Shown piece by piece: positions 19,958 through 30,008 of a DNA stretch of 61,314 nucleotides. A program made the position numbers and the translations under genes. Every line of letters starts with the position of its first letter. The stretch's first letter is position 1. The DNA lies in the NCBI GenBank assembly GCA_002688265.1, contig NZCK01000031.1:1-61314 (forward strand), written 5' to 3'. This DNA is from an archaeon (GTDB lineage Archaea; Nanobdellota; Nanobdellia; Woesearchaeales; GW2011-AR9). The notes under the pieces are model-generated. The model was not told the DNA's origin, did not search any database, and worked only from the letters and a program-made list of their open reading frames with translations.

Positions 19958-20470
19958 ATGACAAAAAAAATCTTTGGTTACGGTTCATTAATGAATTTAC
20001 AGTCACTTAAAAAAACCGTTCCTGATGCAAAATCAATTTTTCCGGCTCTTTTGAAGAATTACATTCGAGTATTTGAAACTGAATCTTCAACTCGGCTTTC
20101 AAAACAAAATACTTCTATTTGTGTATTAAATATTAGAGAAAATCAAAATGCTTTTGTAAATGGTATTTGTTTTGAAGTTAGTGAGAATTTTTTTAATGAT
20201 CTCTTGAAAAGAGAAGGAGCTTACGAATTAAAAGAAATCACTATAACGTCTTTAATTACAGAAAAAGATTTCTCTGCTTTTGTGTTTGTGGATAAATTCA
20301 ATAAAAATCAAGAATTTCTTTTTGATGACCCTGCTCAAATGGATTATTTGCAAATTTGTATTGACGGAGCGAAAGATTTTGGAGAAGATTTTTATCAAAT
20401 GTTTTTAGAGACGACATTCATTGATGACTGCAAATTAAAAGATGTTTGTGAGTTGAAGGGTATGTTGTGA
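19958..20470 (+). CDS. gamma-glutamylcyclotransferase family protein
   Basis: IFGYGSLMN, LLKREGAY. Confidence 0.85.
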   Translation: MTKKIFGYGSLMNLQSLKKTVPDAKSIFPALLKNYIRVFETESSTRLSKQNTSICVLNIRENQNAFVNGICFEVSENFFNDLLKREGAYELKEITITSLITEKDFSAFVFVDKFNKNQEFLFDDPAQMDYLQICIDGAKDFGEDFYQMFLETTFIDDCKLKDVCELKGML

Positions 20471-20634
20471 AGTTTTTTCTTAATTATTTTCTACTCTTTA
20501 AATCTTCATAAATACCTTCTGTAAACTGTCTCCAATAATGGATTTTGTCTTGGACAAGTAAATTTTTAATTAAATAGACTCTCTTTTAATCATCTTCACT
20601 CAGGACAAAAGTCCCACATAAAAGAAAAGAACTA

Positions 20635-21381
20635 TCACTCCTTCGCCAACTTCCAAAAGGCATTGAAATAAGACAGAAAACCTTTCTTGATCTCTGGATT
20701 CTCAATCTCAAGAGCAATAGAATCCTTTGCTAAAAAGAAAATGAAAGACTTATTCTTATAAAATAAAATAATCATATTGTTAATTAAGTATTGTGGCAAA
20801 TAACGAACCTCAGACTTATCATGAATTGTTTTAACCAAACTCTCCTTAACATCATGATTAACTAACATCTTAACTTTGATTCCTTTCTTAGCTCTCTGCC
20901 GATGATAGTTCTCAAAAAATTCTTTGACACCAGAAAGACTCTTACCATAATTAACACCAAGGACATAATAAGTGTCTCCTTTCTTTAACTCATCAAGTAT
21001 ATTCTTGTAAATATTTTTAATTCCTTTAATGCCTTCATACAAAACGGCTTTATTCTCAACTTCTTCGCCAAAGTCTTCCAAAAAAGGAATTGCTTTTTCT
21101 AACTCTTTCTTTTGCTTTTCCAAACGTTTTTCCTTTTCATGAAAGAAATCCATCAATCTTTTCGCTTCTCTTGCTTGGAAATGTTTCTTTCCATCTTTGA
21201 TTATAACTCCAATAATACCTTTTTTCTGCAGTTTAGCACAGATCTCATAAACCTTTGATGAAGAAATTCCTGCTTTACTGGCAAGCTCAGTCTTTCTGGC
21301 TTTACCTAATTTTAATAGAGCCAAGTATACCTTGATCTCTCCTTCACTAAGACCGATTTCGCGAAGAATTTGCTTGTCCAT
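20635..21381 (-). CDS. TrmB family transcriptional regulator
   Basis: GLSEGEIKVYLALL wHTH; YEGIKGIK; YFNAFWK. Confidence 0.9.
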   Translation of the reverse strand: MDKQILREIGLSEGEIKVYLALLKLGKARKTELASKAGISSSKVYEICAKLQKKGIIGVIIKDGKKHFQAREAKRLMDFFHEKEKRLEKQKKELEKAIPFLEDFGEEVENKAVLYEGIKGIKNIYKNILDELKKGDTYYVLGVNYGKSLSGVKEFFENYHRQRAKKGIKVKMLVNHDVKESLVKTIHDKSEVRYLPQYLINNMIILFYKNKSFIFFLAKDSIALEIENPEIKKGFLSYFNAFWKLAKE

Positions 21382-21424
21382 ATTAGCTATAACTTACCTT
21401 TACTTTTAATACTTTTGTTTTTAG

Positions 21425-21436
21425 CCCCTTAAGGGG
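21425..21436. promoter_or_regulatory. palindromic operator candidate between divergent promoters
   Basis: Perfect palindrome CCCCTTAAGGGG between TATA-like boxes at ~21404-21411 (-) and ~21447-21455 (+). Confidence 0.55.
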
Positions 21437-21475
21437 GCCCTTTCGCTTAAATATAACCTATAAATTCTCTTTATT

Positions 21476-21808
21476 ATGACAAAGAAGACAGCACTAATGG
21501 GTGCATTAGCTTTGGTTTTGGGGTCAGGTGCAGCGTTAGCTGGTGATAAAGTAAAAGGTTCAGCTGAATTAGCTGTTGGACAGGAATCTTCAACCTTAGA
21601 TACAAATACAACAGATAAGGTTAGTTTTTTACACCGAGACAGATGGACTACAAACTATCAAGGCGAAGCAAGAGATCTTCATTACACAGCTTTCAATTAT
21701 GGTTTAGGAGAGGGATTTTCTGTTGGGGTAGGACTTTGGGGAACAACCAGTTCAGGAGTTAAACCTCACATAGCAGTTCAATATTTTGGAAAATTTGGAG
21801 ATTTTTGA
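21476..21808 (+). CDS. secreted beta-strand-rich protein, possibly truncated
   Basis: Signal peptide ending ALA; amphipathic strands (AFNYGLG, FSVGVGLW, IAVQYF). Confidence 0.6.
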   Translation: MTKKTALMGALALVLGSGAALAGDKVKGSAELAVGQESSTLDTNTTDKVSFLHRDRWTTNYQGEARDLHYTAFNYGLGEGFSVGVGLWGTTSSGVKPHIAVQYFGKFGDF

Positions 21809-21852
21809 GTACTTGCAATCCAGGTGGTTTTGAGGGTTGGGAGGAAAATAAA

Positions 21853-23127
21853 ATGTCAAAAAGAATGTTGGAGTTAATTAGTAGTGTTGGTCTTGAACTT
21901 GGACCTAATGCTGATTTGAAAGGAAGAAATTTGTCAAAGGGGCGAATTCCTAATTTGAATTTGAGGTGTGCAGATCTTCGTGGTTCTAATTTAGTCGAAG
22001 TTGATTTGTCTGAATCTAATCTTGCTTGTGCTGATCTATCTTATGTTGATGCAACAAGTATAGATTTACATGGGGCAAATCTTTCTTCTTCAAAACTAAG
22101 AAGAGCTATTTTTAATGGGGCTAATTTTTCAGATACCACTTTTGGTTATGAAGGACATAGTGATAATGGTTTTTATGAAGTTGAGTTGAGTGGTTCAAAC
22201 TTTGATGGTTTAAAATTTACTCACGGGAAATTTGAAGATTCAACTTTGAATGGATCAACTTTTAAGGGCGCTAACTTACATCGAACTAAAATAGAAAATT
22301 CTTCACTTAAGGATGTGGATTTTTCTGAGGCAACAGTTACGGAAACGAAGATACAAAATTCTGATTTACAAGGAGCAAATTTCTCTGATGGAAAATATTG
22401 TGCGTTAGTAATTACCAAATCTCAAGGGGAATCTGTTAATTTTAGCGGATCTAGTTTTAGCGGATCTAGTTGCTCTTATCGATCCCGTGTGGTACATTCT
22501 GAGTTTCCTGGGGCAGATTTTTCTGAAGTGGATTTTCGTAATTTTTTATTTAGTTTTAGTAAATTAGCGAGGGCTAATTACTCTGGGTCGACTTTACGCC
22601 AGGTTCATTTTGAAAAATGTGATATCTCTGGAAGTGATTTTTCAGGAACAAAGTTTGAACATGGTAGGCCAGGCTATTCAATAATAGATGTTTCTCATTT
22701 TGAGGCGAGTAATTTTCAAAATTCAGATTTACGAAAAGTGAAATTACACGGAGTTTATTTTAATGATGTAAACTTTCAAGGTGCCGATTTGAGAGATGTC
22801 CAACTCTTTCACGCTGATTTCTCTGGAGCAGATTTTAGGGGTGCTAAGATTAAATTCAAATACCATCCTACTGAAGGCCGAGGTAATATCAGTTTCTCTT
22901 CAGCTAACATGGAAGGGCAAGATCTTTCTGAGCAAGATTTGAGGACAATTAATTTTGAAGGAACTAATCTTTCATACACTGATCTTAAAGGTGCAGATTT
23001 CACATCAGCAAATCTTTCAGGAGCCAATCTAGTTGGTAGTGATTTATTTTATACTAAATTAGATGATGCAGAATTGTCTGGAACTTTGATTGATGATGGA
23101 GAAGGAAATGTGTATGAATTAATTTGA
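21853..23127 (+). CDS. pentapeptide repeat protein
   Basis: Many A-[DN]-[LF]-x-x repeats; start moved to ATG 21853 after a GGAGG SD. Confidence 0.95.
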   Translation: MSKRMLELISSVGLELGPNADLKGRNLSKGRIPNLNLRCADLRGSNLVEVDLSESNLACADLSYVDATSIDLHGANLSSSKLRRAIFNGANFSDTTFGYEGHSDNGFYEVELSGSNFDGLKFTHGKFEDSTLNGSTFKGANLHRTKIENSSLKDVDFSEATVTETKIQNSDLQGANFSDGKYCALVITKSQGESVNFSGSSFSGSSCSYRSRVVHSEFPGADFSEVDFRNFLFSFSKLARANYSGSTLRQVHFEKCDISGSDFSGTKFEHGRPGYSIIDVSHFEASNFQNSDLRKVKLHGVYFNDVNFQGADLRDVQLFHADFSGADFRGAKIKFKYHPTEGRGNISFSSANMEGQDLSEQDLRTINFEGTNLSYTDLKGADFTSANLSGANLVGSDLFYTKLDDAELSGTLIDDGEGNVYELI

Positions 23128-23141
23128 TTTTTTAATTTTTT

Positions 23142-23951
23142 TCACTCTTCAAACTTAAACACTCTACAAAAGTTATCCCACACCAAATCCTCTGCTTCTT
23201 TAACACTCATTTCCTTGATCTCAGCAATCTTCTTAATTGCTTCAGTAACATAAGCAGGCTCATTAATCTTACCTTTAAACGGAGATTGCCAAGGAGCATC
23301 AGTTTCAGTTAAAAGTTTATCATTTGGAACTATTTTTACCAAAGCTTCAAAACTAGTATTACGTTTTATATTAGCAGGTATTGAAAAGTTATGGCCCAAA
23401 TCAACTCCTCTTTTCATGAGAGCTTTTCTGCCACCAAAACAATGGTGAACTACAGGAATTTCATTGTTTTTGATCTCTTCTTCTAAAACATCCAAACATT
23501 CTTTTTCAGCCTTTCTAGAGTGAATAACAATCGGTTTGTTCACTTTGATTGCAAAACGAATAATCTTTCGGAAGTTTTCTGCTTGCTTTTCATAGGTTTC
23601 TTCATAACTCACCCAAAAAAAATCCATTCCAATTTCACCAATACTGATAACTTGATCCAAATTTGCTTCAATGAAGGCAAATTGCTCAGTTAAATTAACT
23701 GGTCCTTGATGGTGAGGTAAACCTACTTCATCTGGTGTTAGACCTAAAATATCAATGGGATATAAACCTAATGAAGCTTTAACTAAAGGATATTTTTTGG
23801 CATATTCAAGAACTTCAATATTAGCTTCTGGATTAACACCACTTAGAACAATGACTTTTAATCCTGCTTTAGCTGCGTTAGCTAGAACTTCTTCAACCTT
23901 GCCTTCAAAATCTTTATGATTTATGTGACAATGTACATCTACTAGTGGCAT
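23142..23951 (-). CDS. tatD: TatD family nuclease
   Basis: DVHCH, GEIGMD, IHSR, HCF, TETDAP. Confidence 0.95.
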   Translation of the reverse strand: MPLVDVHCHINHKDFEGKVEEVLANAAKAGLKVIVLSGVNPEANIEVLEYAKKYPLVKASLGLYPIDILGLTPDEVGLPHHQGPVNLTEQFAFIEANLDQVISIGEIGMDFFWVSYEETYEKQAENFRKIIRFAIKVNKPIVIHSRKAEKECLDVLEEEIKNNEIPVVHHCFGGRKALMKRGVDLGHNFSIPANIKRNTSFEALVKIVPNDKLLTETDAPWQSPFKGKINEPAYVTEAIKKIAEIKEMSVKEAEDLVWDNFCRVFKFEE

Positions 23952-24136
23952 AGTTATAGAATTTCGTCTTGGATTAAAAATATTTTGTTTTATTTTGTGA
24001 ATAATATCTTAAAACATTATTTGTCGCCTTAATTACTTTTATATCTTATGATTTATTGATATGGTAATTATTTCTTCAAAGTTTAATAAGAATCTTGTCT
24101 GTAAGAAAGCCAATACATTATCTTAAGAGGTGAAAA

Positions 24137-25402
24137 ATGGCGTATGATTCTTTGATTGGGATTAATGGAGCAGGTACAGTTGGTAATAGAGTTGCTGATA
24201 TTTTAGATAGTATGGGCTTTCCAGTTTGGCTTGGGAAATATTCAGCAGATCCACTTGATATCAAAACTATTGAATTGCAGGAGTTGCAACAAAGAGCAGG
24301 AAAGAAATTTCCAATGTATGCAGCTAAAGGGGGTAGAACTCCAATCACTGATAGAATGGCTGCAATGAAGAAAGCTGGTTTTGATGTTAAAGGATCAATT
24401 ACTGATCTAGATCTTTCTAAAACAACATTAGTTTTGGATGCGACCGATAAAATGGAAGGAAGGAATTATAATGAACTTTATTTGCCATCAGGTGTACCTT
24501 TTGCGATTCAAGGAGGAGGAAATTCTCTTTTAGTAAATAACTTTTATTTTGTTGGTGCACCAGGAACTGTTAGTGCGGACCCAGCAAATGCTAAACCTTA
24601 CCATGAAAGAAACGCTCAAATTGTTTCTTGTAACACAACCTGTCTCACAACTCAATTAGGTTTGCTAAGAAAAGTTTTGCAAGATCACCACCCTGACGCT
24701 GTAAAACATGTTAGTATAAATTTTTTGAGAAGGAATAATGATCCAAATAATTTTGATATTGTAGAGGAAGCTCCTAGTGAACAGTTTCCAGAGGGAAGAA
24801 GAATTAGAGTTCCAAGAGTTGCTTCTCCTTTTGTAACTATGGAAGATAAACCTTACCATTTAGACGAATTGGAGTTTTTATTACCTCAAGTGTCTGGAAA
24901 AGTAGATTCTGTTGTTTCTAAATGGCCAGTTGAATATTTCCATATTCTAACTGTAACTGTAGATTTTAATGAACTAATTCCGGAGGATTTGATTGAAGCT
25001 TATAAGTTAGCAATTTTTGAATATCCAAGAGCAATTTATACGGATGGACCACTTTGTCATAAACGCACTTTAGTTGCAGCCTCAAAAGCTAAGCTTCCTG
25101 ATGGTGATATACCTTTTCCCGTGATTAAAGTTAGGCAGGTTCATGATACAAAGTTGGAGATAAAGTCACTTACTCCTCAAAGAGCAATAGTGGCACCTAG
25201 TTCTGCTGATTACACTCTTATGAGAACTCAAAAAATATCATGGGATGAAGCGTTTGCAGAAGTTAATAGAGCAGCAAGTTTTAGAGGACTACCTTTCTGG
25301 GATATCAAAAACTCAATGCAGGATAACTTAAGAAGATACACTGAAACAGTAAGAGAAGAAGCCTCATGGTTGGAGAGATGTGTTAGGAGTTTTGGGAAGT
25401 AG
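24137..25402 (+). CDS. gap: archaeal type II glyceraldehyde-3-phosphate dehydrogenase (divergent)
   Basis: GINGAGTVGNRVAD, QGG, VSCNTT; GAGGTGA SD. Confidence 0.75.
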   Translation: MAYDSLIGINGAGTVGNRVADILDSMGFPVWLGKYSADPLDIKTIELQELQQRAGKKFPMYAAKGGRTPITDRMAAMKKAGFDVKGSITDLDLSKTTLVLDATDKMEGRNYNELYLPSGVPFAIQGGGNSLLVNNFYFVGAPGTVSADPANAKPYHERNAQIVSCNTTCLTTQLGLLRKVLQDHHPDAVKHVSINFLRRNNDPNNFDIVEEAPSEQFPEGRRIRVPRVASPFVTMEDKPYHLDELEFLLPQVSGKVDSVVSKWPVEYFHILTVTVDFNELIPEDLIEAYKLAIFEYPRAIYTDGPLCHKRTLVAASKAKLPDGDIPFPVIKVRQVHDTKLEIKSLTPQRAIVAPSSADYTLMRTQKISWDEAFAEVNRAASFRGLPFWDIKNSMQDNLRRYTETVREEASWLERCVRSFGK

Positions 25403-25518
25403 CTTAAACTTCTTTCTTCTTTAATTTTTTATTTTCTTTTATATTTTATAGAAATTATTATTATCAAAGCAAATGTTTAAATACAATTTCTACTTATTAA
25501 TTAAAAAGCTAAGATAAG

Positions 25519-26751
25519 ATGCCGTGTGTGAATGTAGATATGAATGCAGAAGATTATGTTAAGAGAAGAAGAGAACACTTTGATTCTTTAAGATCTTGGG
25601 AGCCAATAATGCATATCCCTAGAGTAGAAGAATTGTTTGATGTGAGAGACCCATTATTTCCACTATGTGAATTTTTATACGCTAAATGTAGAAATTTATA
25701 CCAAGAATTACCTCAACGTAAAAATGGACATGACACTTTCTTGCACCCGATAAATGTAGTTTTGAATTTAAAGAAAGGAGGAGTAACCGATATTATTACT
25801 CTGCTTTGTGGATTGATGCATGATTACATTGAAGAACAAGTAGACTTGTTTAAAATTGAAAACAAACTTAACGAAGACGATGTACCTTCTAAACATATTC
25901 TAGATGAACATGAATTAAAATTAGTTTCAGCGTTTGAACAAGAGTTGATTGGTTTTTTTGAAAGGGAAGAAGATGAGTGTAATTGTGTAGAACAAATAAT
26001 TGAAACTTTAAAATTGCTTACTAGATTAAAAAGAGATTATTATTACAAATCAATTTCTTACATATTTAATTGTCCTGATCCAGTTATTAGAGAAAGAGCA
26101 ATTCAAGTAAAACTGGCAGATAGAATTCATAATATATTAAGCATAGAGTGTTTTGATGAAAGGGGTAGACTTTATCAATGTTTTAAAAATATGTTTATTA
26201 TCAATTCTTCTAAACAATTTTTAATTGATACATATGGAGAAAACGTGTTTAATTGGCGATATGGAGAACATGCTAAATCTACTGAAAGATTGTTTACTAG
26301 ATGTTGTAAAGCAACTTATGAAGCATATTTGATGATTTGTAAAATCACTTCTAAAACTGAAATATTTCAAGTTAAAACAGTATTACAATTGGCTTTTAAG
26401 AAATATAAACTAGAACATGCTGGTATTTGGGCAGTTACTGACTTCGAAGATGATAGTCATCCTATGCGATTGTTCCAAGGAGTTATTCGAAAATGGGACG
26501 CAAGATTACATCATGAATGGGATGAATGGACTCGTAGAGTAATTGACGAAAAAGAATTTTGTAAACATTTTTTTAGCGAATATGAATTTACTGACGCTCA
26601 AACCCAAGCAATAATAGATTACAAAGATGCTTACGCAATGAAAGAAGTAATTGCATTCTTATTGTATGAACATGAATATGTATTAACTTCATTTCTATCT
26701 CGGCAATTAGATAAGAAAGGAAGACTGAAAGTTGCTAATGGGAATAGTTGA
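25519..26751 (+). CDS. HD-domain protein of the RelA/SpoT hydrolase type with a helical extension
   Basis: RKNGHDTFLHP, LMHDYIEE, VKLADRIHN. Confidence 0.8.
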   Translation: MPCVNVDMNAEDYVKRRREHFDSLRSWEPIMHIPRVEELFDVRDPLFPLCEFLYAKCRNLYQELPQRKNGHDTFLHPINVVLNLKKGGVTDIITLLCGLMHDYIEEQVDLFKIENKLNEDDVPSKHILDEHELKLVSAFEQELIGFFEREEDECNCVEQIIETLKLLTRLKRDYYYKSISYIFNCPDPVIRERAIQVKLADRIHNILSIECFDERGRLYQCFKNMFIINSSKQFLIDTYGENVFNWRYGEHAKSTERLFTRCCKATYEAYLMICKITSKTEIFQVKTVLQLAFKKYKLEHAGIWAVTDFEDDSHPMRLFQGVIRKWDARLHHEWDEWTRRVIDEKEFCKHFFSEYEFTDAQTQAIIDYKDAYAMKEVIAFLLYEHEYVLTSFLSRQLDKKGRLKVANGNS

Positions 26752-26773
26752 TAATTTTCTGATAATTATTTAG

Positions 26774-27424
26774 TTACGTATCTTCACTATCTTCAAAACA
26801 ATTATTATGTACCAAAGTCCATCTTAGAGATTCTGGGACAAGACTGACTACATTATTATTTAGAGAATCATTTGATCTAATGGTATAGCAAGGGGCTTCT
26901 AAAGCTTCACAATGATTCATTAAAGCAATATATTCCTCATTTGTACAAGAGCTGTGACCTAAGGGAAATTCTTCTTGATCAGTAATATGCCCATACTTGA
27001 TTAAATCTAAACTCCCAATTAAGTGACCATAATCTTCTTTGTATTCTTGTGGGACTAAAGGCCATTCTGCTGGTTTGTCAACTTCAGCTAAAATGTGTTC
27101 TTCACCAGGTTCATCAGTGTTGTATCTGCCAACATGTTCGAAAATATATATATGGTCTTCACCGTTTGGATGCTGGCCTAAATATAACTCTGCTGAGAAG
27201 TTAAATTCGTACCACCCTTCAACCTCTTGCCCCAAAAAGTTTTTAGCAAGATCATCACTAAGATCTACATAGAAATCTTCGCCCAAGTTAGTAAATGTAA
27301 CTTCAGTTAACTCTTCTAAATTTTCACCAGTATCACTTTCATTATATCCCGATTCAAAATCATCAGTGCATGCAGTTAAAACTAAAGCTACTAATGCTGA
27401 GGCATATAAAGAATATTTTCCCAT
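26774..27424 (-). CDS. putative lipoprotein
   Basis: LVLTAC lipobox; acidic. Confidence 0.7.
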   Translation of the reverse strand: MGKYSLYASALVALVLTACTDDFESGYNESDTGENLEELTEVTFTNLGEDFYVDLSDDLAKNFLGQEVEGWYEFNFSAELYLGQHPNGEDHIYIFEHVGRYNTDEPGEEHILAEVDKPAEWPLVPQEYKEDYGHLIGSLDLIKYGHITDQEEFPLGHSSCTNEEYIALMNHCEALEAPCYTIRSNDSLNNNVVSLVPESLRWTLVHNNCFEDSEDT

Positions 27425-27527
27425 CTAAATAATATAATTAGAAAAAGGTATTTAATGTTTATGACATATTTGCTTATTATATTTCAGAGATTAGTTTTTT
27501 GTGTCATTTAAATTATTTGTTTTGTAA

Positions 27528-28892
27528 TCAAGAATTTTTTCTACTAAATGGTTTATTTCTAGGTTTTTTTCTAGTTCTATTTCTTTTGTTATTAACATTG
27601 TTGTTGCTATTATTATTATTATTATTATTATTATTTGAGCGAGGCCTTTTTCCTCTAGAATTATTTTTTGGTTTTGGTTTAATTCCTCTTTTGAATTTTC
27701 TGGGTTGCCTTTGTTTTCTTGGTGGGGGTTTGGCATCAGCTCCTTTAGCAGTTTTGGCAGCTATAGAATGGTATTGATGGTCTTCTACAGGAATATTTTG
27801 TTTAATTAGTCTCTCAATGTTCCGTAAATAATTTCTTTCTTCAGCCGAACAAAAAGAGAAAGCCACACCTTTATTTCCTGCTCTTGCAGTTCTTCCAATT
27901 CTGTGAACATAACTTTCTGGTTCATTTGGAAGTTCAAAATTTATTACATGTGAAATTTTGTCAATATCAATTCCTCTAGCTGCAATGTCTGTTGCTACTA
28001 ATACTTTTACTCTACCTTTTTTGAAATTTTGAATAGCTTTAGTTCTGGCATTTTGAGTTTTATTTCCATGAATAGCATTTGCTTTGATATTATTTTCATT
28101 TAAAAATTTAGCAATTTTATTTGCACGATGTTTGGTTCTAGTGAAAATAAGAGTGCTTGTAACTTCTTCTTCATCTAAAAGTTCTAGTAGAAGTTTAGTT
28201 TTTTTATTTTGATCTACAAAGAAGATGTGTTGATCTATTTTTTCGACAGTTGTAGCTTGAGGTGTAATTTCAACATGAATTGGATTATTTAGTAGTTTTT
28301 TTGCAAGTTCATTAACTTCATTAGACATAGTCGCTGAGAAAAATAATGATTGTCTTTTGTGAGGTAATTTTTTGATTATTTTTTTAATGTCATTAATGAA
28401 ACCCATATCCAACATTCTGTCAGCTTCATCTAAAACAAAAAATTCCACATCTTTAAGTGAGATATGTCTTTGATTCATTAAGTCAAGAAGTCGCCCAGGT
28501 GTAGCTACTAAAATATCAACACCTTTTGATAATTCTTGAACTTGTTTCCCTTGTTTTACACCACCAAAAATAACAGTGTGTTTAACTTTAAGAAATTCTG
28601 CATACTTTGAAAAACTAACTCCTATCTGGGCAGCTAATTCTCTGGTTGGAGCAACAACTAAAGTTTTAATTTTTTTTGGATAACTAGGTTTTATTAAATT
28701 CAATATTGGTAATGTGAACGCTGCTGTTTTTCCAGTTCCAGTTTGAGCAATTCCAATTAAATCTCTGCCTTCAAGTAAATCTGGAATTGATTTAGCTTGA
28801 ATTGGAGTTGGTGTAGTATATCCTTGTTTTGTTATTGCTTTTTGAATTGAAGGATTTAATCTTAAATCTTTGAAGCTAATTTTATTGGTCAT
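27528..28892 (-). CDS. DEAD-box RNA helicase (RhlE-like)
   Basis: Q motif, AQTGTGKT, PTRELA, DEAD, SAT, HRIGRTAR. Confidence 0.97.
   Translation of the reverse strand: MTNKISFKDLRLNPSIQKAITKQGYTTPTPIQAKSIPDLLEGRDLIGIAQTGTGKTAAFTLPILNLIKPSYPKKIKTLVVAPTRELAAQIGVSFSKYAEFLKVKHTVIFGGVKQGKQVQELSKGVDILVATPGRLLDLMNQRHISLKDVEFFVLDEADRMLDMGFINDIKKIIKKLPHKRQSLFFSATMSNEVNELAKKLLNNPIHVEITPQATTVEKIDQHIFFVDQNKKTKLLLELLDEEEVTSTLIFTRTKHRANKIAKFLNENNIKANAIHGNKTQNARTKAIQNFKKGRVKVLVATDIAARGIDIDKISHVINFELPNEPESYVHRIGRTARAGNKGVAFSFCSAEERNYLRNIERLIKQNIPVEDHQYHSIAAKTAKGADAKPPPRKQRQPRKFKRGIKPKPKNNSRGKRPRSNNNNNNNNNSNNNVNNKRNRTRKKPRNKPFSRKNS
27608..27634. repeat. (TAT)n trinucleotide microsatellite encoding poly-Asn
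   Basis: About 9 units in the helicase C-terminal tail. Confidence 0.9.
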
Positions 28893-28978
28893 TTCTAGTA
28901 AGATTATGTGGCCTAGTTATAAGTAGTTTGTTTTTTAAAGAAAATTTGATAAAAAAGGTTAAAAATAGTGAATTAAGT

Positions 28979-29875
28979 TTAAGCTGCGAGTATGTTTGGT
29001 GCTTGACCTTTTGGAACAGGAATTAAGATGTAATTAACATCTCTCCTATCTCTTACTTCTGGTCTGAAATGTGGATTTCTATCATGGTATTCTTTCCAAG
29101 ACCCATCTGGGAAGCGAACTCCATATGTGCCTCCTTCAACCCAATCATGAAATTTAACTTTGCCAATTCTCCCAGTGTCTAAATCAAATAGGTGTAATTC
29201 TCTTTCTATTTTTGGTTCTTCTGCAAGGCCATTAATCTCTCTGAATAGATTAATTACTTTGCTCCCTTCTTTTCTAAATTCAACAATTCTTGCAGCATAG
29301 TCTCCTGCTTGGGCAATAGCGTCTTCGAAATTTTTATAACGAATTTCATGATCAATATTGTCCATACCTAAAGTTAACCTTGAAAATTTTTGGCCTTCTG
29401 GCATTAAATAAACTGAAGGAATTCCAAAAGATTCTGCCCAACCTTCTTCAATTGCATTTCCTTGAGCAAGAGGATCTAACCAATTAAAATGAAATTCAGG
29501 CATTACTACAGCCCACAAATAATCCATGTCTCTTACTTCTTGTGCAGTAACCTGAGGATGTTTTTTTGGATCTGTTCCAAATACATGTGGGGCGTAACCA
29601 AATACTCCACCATCAGCTAAAATATCTGAAAGGTCTTTATATCTTGCTTTAGTTTCTTCAGTCATTCCTGTTAAAGCACCTGCAATGTATGCAATTGTAG
29701 AATATCTTCTTAGTAACGAACAATCTGGTTGATTTTCTGTTCTAACAGAATAAGCTCTATCAACTGCTTCTTCAACTGGTGGAGTCAATCTTCCTGCTCT
29801 GGGTAGAAGAATTTCATATTGAGTTAGATTTGGTCTGAAATTTCCTGCCTTAAGTAAAGCTTCTGCAAAAACCAT
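28979..29875 (-). CDS. nucleoside 2-deoxyribosyltransferase-like domain protein
   Basis: AYIAGALT, YAPH...DP, RDMD, GNAIEEGWA...IP. Confidence 0.7.
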   Translation of the reverse strand: MVFAEALLKAGNFRPNLTQYEILLPRAGRLTPPVEEAVDRAYSVRTENQPDCSLLRRYSTIAYIAGALTGMTEETKARYKDLSDILADGGVFGYAPHVFGTDPKKHPQVTAQEVRDMDYLWAVVMPEFHFNWLDPLAQGNAIEEGWAESFGIPSVYLMPEGQKFSRLTLGMDNIDHEIRYKNFEDAIAQAGDYAARIVEFRKEGSKVINLFREINGLAEEPKIERELHLFDLDTGRIGKVKFHDWVEGGTYGVRFPDGSWKEYHDRNPHFRPEVRDRRDVNYILIPVPKGQAPNILAA

Positions 29876-29978
29876 AAACAGTATTATAATAATTTTTTTA
29901 TTTAAAGATTGTTGTTTTATAATATATTCTAGTTTTTCTACCTAAAATATATAAAGAAATAGCTATTTTCTATCATTT

Positions 29979-30008
29979 ATGAGTTCCGTACGTAAACGTG
30001 GAAGTTAA
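29979..30008 (+). CDS. candidate 9-aa leader uORF (MSSVRKRGS)
   Basis: ATG ~25 bp after TATATAAA (29948-29955); lies 109 nt upstream of the DHS start. Confidence 0.35.
   Translation: MSSVRKRGS

Noticed and set aside
27491-27777. Poly-Ile and poly-Leu ORFs
   Set aside because: Alternative frames of the helicase microsatellite
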